27,455 nucleotides of DNA from a phage, in assembly GCA_011944185.1 (NCBI GenBank), contig GCA_011944185.1_3921.2; one strand, 5' to 3'. The translations under genes and the position numbers were made by a program. The notes beneath the pieces were generated by a model. The model ran no database searches, had not been told where the DNA came from, and was given only the letters and a program-made list of their open reading frames with translations. Position 1 is the first letter of the stretch. The number at the start of each line of letters is the position of its first letter. This document shows, one piece after another, positions 26,108 to 27,455 of this stretch.

Positions 26108-26780
26108 TGAAGTCCTGTGCCAAGCTTATGACTTGCACCCTCATGAGTTAGGTCTTGATTCCTGTGTATGGACTCCAGAACAGTGCAGGGATTTTGAAGA
26201 CACTGCAAGAGAAGTTGTATGTTCACTGGAAGAGTTCCACACATCAGAACCAATTGTGAACGTTGTGGACAAAGAGACTGGGAAGTCTATAGGTGTAAGA
26301 CGTGACAGTTTAGTCATAGTCAATAAAGACCTTGTAGAAAAAGGTAACCTCATCTTAGCAGATATTGATGGTGTTCTTACAAATTTTAATCACGAAGATT
26401 GCTCAACGGAATTGACTGATGGGTCATTCTCACAGTATACTAATCTCCTTGACTCTGTAAGAGCAAAACCAACGTATGTTTTTAGTATTATTGATGCAAT
26501 TGCTAATCATGCTGCCATCGGACTCTTGACAGCAAGAGGTGAAACTCAGAGAATACCTACTGAGATGTTCTTGAGGCACAATATAGAGCATGATTACATA
26601 CTTTTTATGCGTGGTTTTGGAACTAACTCTCTAAGTGCAGAAAGTTTGAAAGTGAGGATGATTCAGTCTTGCATTCTGCCTTACTTTAATATAGTATGCT
26701 TTATAGAAGATACAGAGAAGAATGTTCAGAAGGTAAACAGAATCCTTCCACACATTAAAACCATGCTAGTTAAACATTGA
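26085..26780 (+). CDS. putative HAD-superfamily hydrolase (phosphatase/nucleotidase-like)
   Basis: LILADIDGVLTNF contains the HAD motif I DxDG(T/V)L; GLLTARGE is a candidate motif II; CFIEDTEKN is a possible acidic motif IV. Start overlaps the upstream gene by about 23 nt and is uncertain. Confidence 0.4.
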   Translation: MKKLRKSDEVLCQAYDLHPHELGLDSCVWTPEQCRDFEDTAREVVCSLEEFHTSEPIVNVVDKETGKSIGVRRDSLVIVNKDLVEKGNLILADIDGVLTNFNHEDCSTELTDGSFSQYTNLLDSVRAKPTYVFSIIDAIANHAAIGLLTARGETQRIPTEMFLRHNIEHDYILFMRGFGTNSLSAESLKVRMIQSCILPYFNIVCFIEDTEKNVQKVNRILPHIKTMLVKH

Positions 26781-26791
26781 GAGAAAAATTT

Positions 26792-27256
26792 ATGAACAAT
26801 ATCATTACGGTAGCACTGGACGATACGGCAAACAAATCTGAAGTAGTTCGTAAAATGATTCAAGGTAACTTTGAAGGTAAAATTTTTCGTGCTGTTAATG
26901 TAAAAGCTGATGGCAGTATTCGTGAATACCGTGCATTGTTGAATGTTAAAAAGCACGTAAAAGGTGCTGGTTCAACGACTGCACACAAAGAAAACCTGAT
27001 GACTATCTATGATATGGGTAAGGCTTCAGAGTTAGGTGCTGAAGGTATCGTTAAAGAAGGTGCTCCGTATCGCTCTTTCAATCTGGAAACTACTCTTATG
27101 CTTTCCTTTACAAGTGGTTCTAAAACAATCACTTATCTCTTTACTGATGCTGCAACGGTATCTGCTATTAAGGATAGCACTGTCAAAGCTGGCGTAGTTG
27201 CTGCTGCAAAAGCTTCTTCGATGGCTGCAAATATCCTTGCAAAAGTCCTCGGTTAA
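26792..27256 (+). CDS. hypothetical protein
   Basis: The ORF track starts at a TTG at 26777; first ATG at 26792 after GAGAG. Ala/Lys-rich C-terminus; followed by a terminator. Confidence 0.45.
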   Translation: MNNIITVALDDTANKSEVVRKMIQGNFEGKIFRAVNVKADGSIREYRALLNVKKHVKGAGSTTAHKENLMTIYDMGKASELGAEGIVKEGAPYRSFNLETTLMLSFTSGSKTITYLFTDAATVSAIKDSTVKAGVVAAAKASSMAANILAKVLG

Positions 27257-27267
27257 GGTTAAGATAC

Positions 27268-27292
27268 AGGCTCCTTCGGGAGCCTTTTTATT
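27268..27292 (+). terminator. Rho-independent terminator (TTCG tetraloop)
   Basis: AGGCTCC-TTCG-GGAGCCT hairpin followed by TTTTTATTTT. Confidence 0.65.
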
Positions 27293-27307
27293 TTCTAAGG
27301 AGTATTA

Positions 27308-27455
27308 ATGAAGCCGATGTTCAAATATCTTGGTGGTAAAACAAGAATATTAAAAGAGTATGAGCGTTTAGGTGTCTTCCCAGACAACTGTAAAAACTTC
27401 TATGACCTGTTTTCAGGTGGTGGTTCAGTAGCTATCTGGGCTTATAACAGATACC
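27308..27455 (+). CDS. dam: DNA N6-adenine methyltransferase (Dam-like), 5' partial
   Basis: FKYLGGKTRILKEY...FYDLFSGGGSVAIWAY matches the Dam N-terminus (GGK...L; F-x-D/E-L/P-F-x-GGG-S/A-V SAM-binding motif I). AAGGAG RBS. ORF runs off the window end. Confidence 0.65.
   Translation, partial: MKPMFKYLGGKTRILKEYERLGVFPDNCKNFYDLFSGGGSVAIWAYNRY

Noticed and set aside
7145-26791. N-terminal extensions in the ORF track that begin at TTG/GTG codons (7145, 8111, 11024, 11302, 16642, 18135, 26777)
   Set aside because: In each case a downstream ATG with a GA-rich or GGAG-type ribosome-binding site gives a start that avoids long overlaps with the preceding gene; the extensions read through RBS or repeat sequence (for example (ER)n across the GA repeat).

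Overview
All credible genes in this 27.5 kb window are on the + strand, tightly packed, AT-rich, with frequent ATGA/TAATG stop-start overlaps and GA-rich ribosome-binding sites: the replication and nucleotide-metabolism block of a large virulent dsDNA phage. From motifs I recognise, it encodes a T4 gp1-like dNMP kinase, a T7 gp4-like fused primase-helicase, an acidic-tailed putative SSB, a FEN-family 5'-3' exonuclease, a complete aerobic plus anaerobic ribonucleotide reductase set (nrdA, nrdB, nrdH-like, nrdD, nrdG), a Prs-like/Nampt-like gene pair split by an HNH-AP2 homing endonuclease, rIIA and rIIB homologues, a signal-peptide lytic transglycosylase-like protein, a HAD-like hydrolase and the start of a Dam-like methyltransferase. 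The combination (rII, NrdAB+NrdDG, Prs+NadV-like, free-standing homing endonucleases) resembles Felix O1-like/T4-like myoviruses, though I cannot confirm this without a search. Non-coding signals are three copies of a TTGACA-N17/18-TAGAAT promoter, nine hairpin+U-tract terminators (mostly TTCG/TACG loops), and a (GA)12 microsatellite abutting a start codon. The most interesting candidate is the Prs-like + Nampt-like pair, which could be ordinary NAD+ salvage or a two-enzyme ADP-ribose-based NAD+ reconstitution (anti-defence) module; sequence alone cannot decide. No rRNA, tRNA, CRISPR array or integrase was found. All functional calls rest on motif recognition from memory, not database searches.
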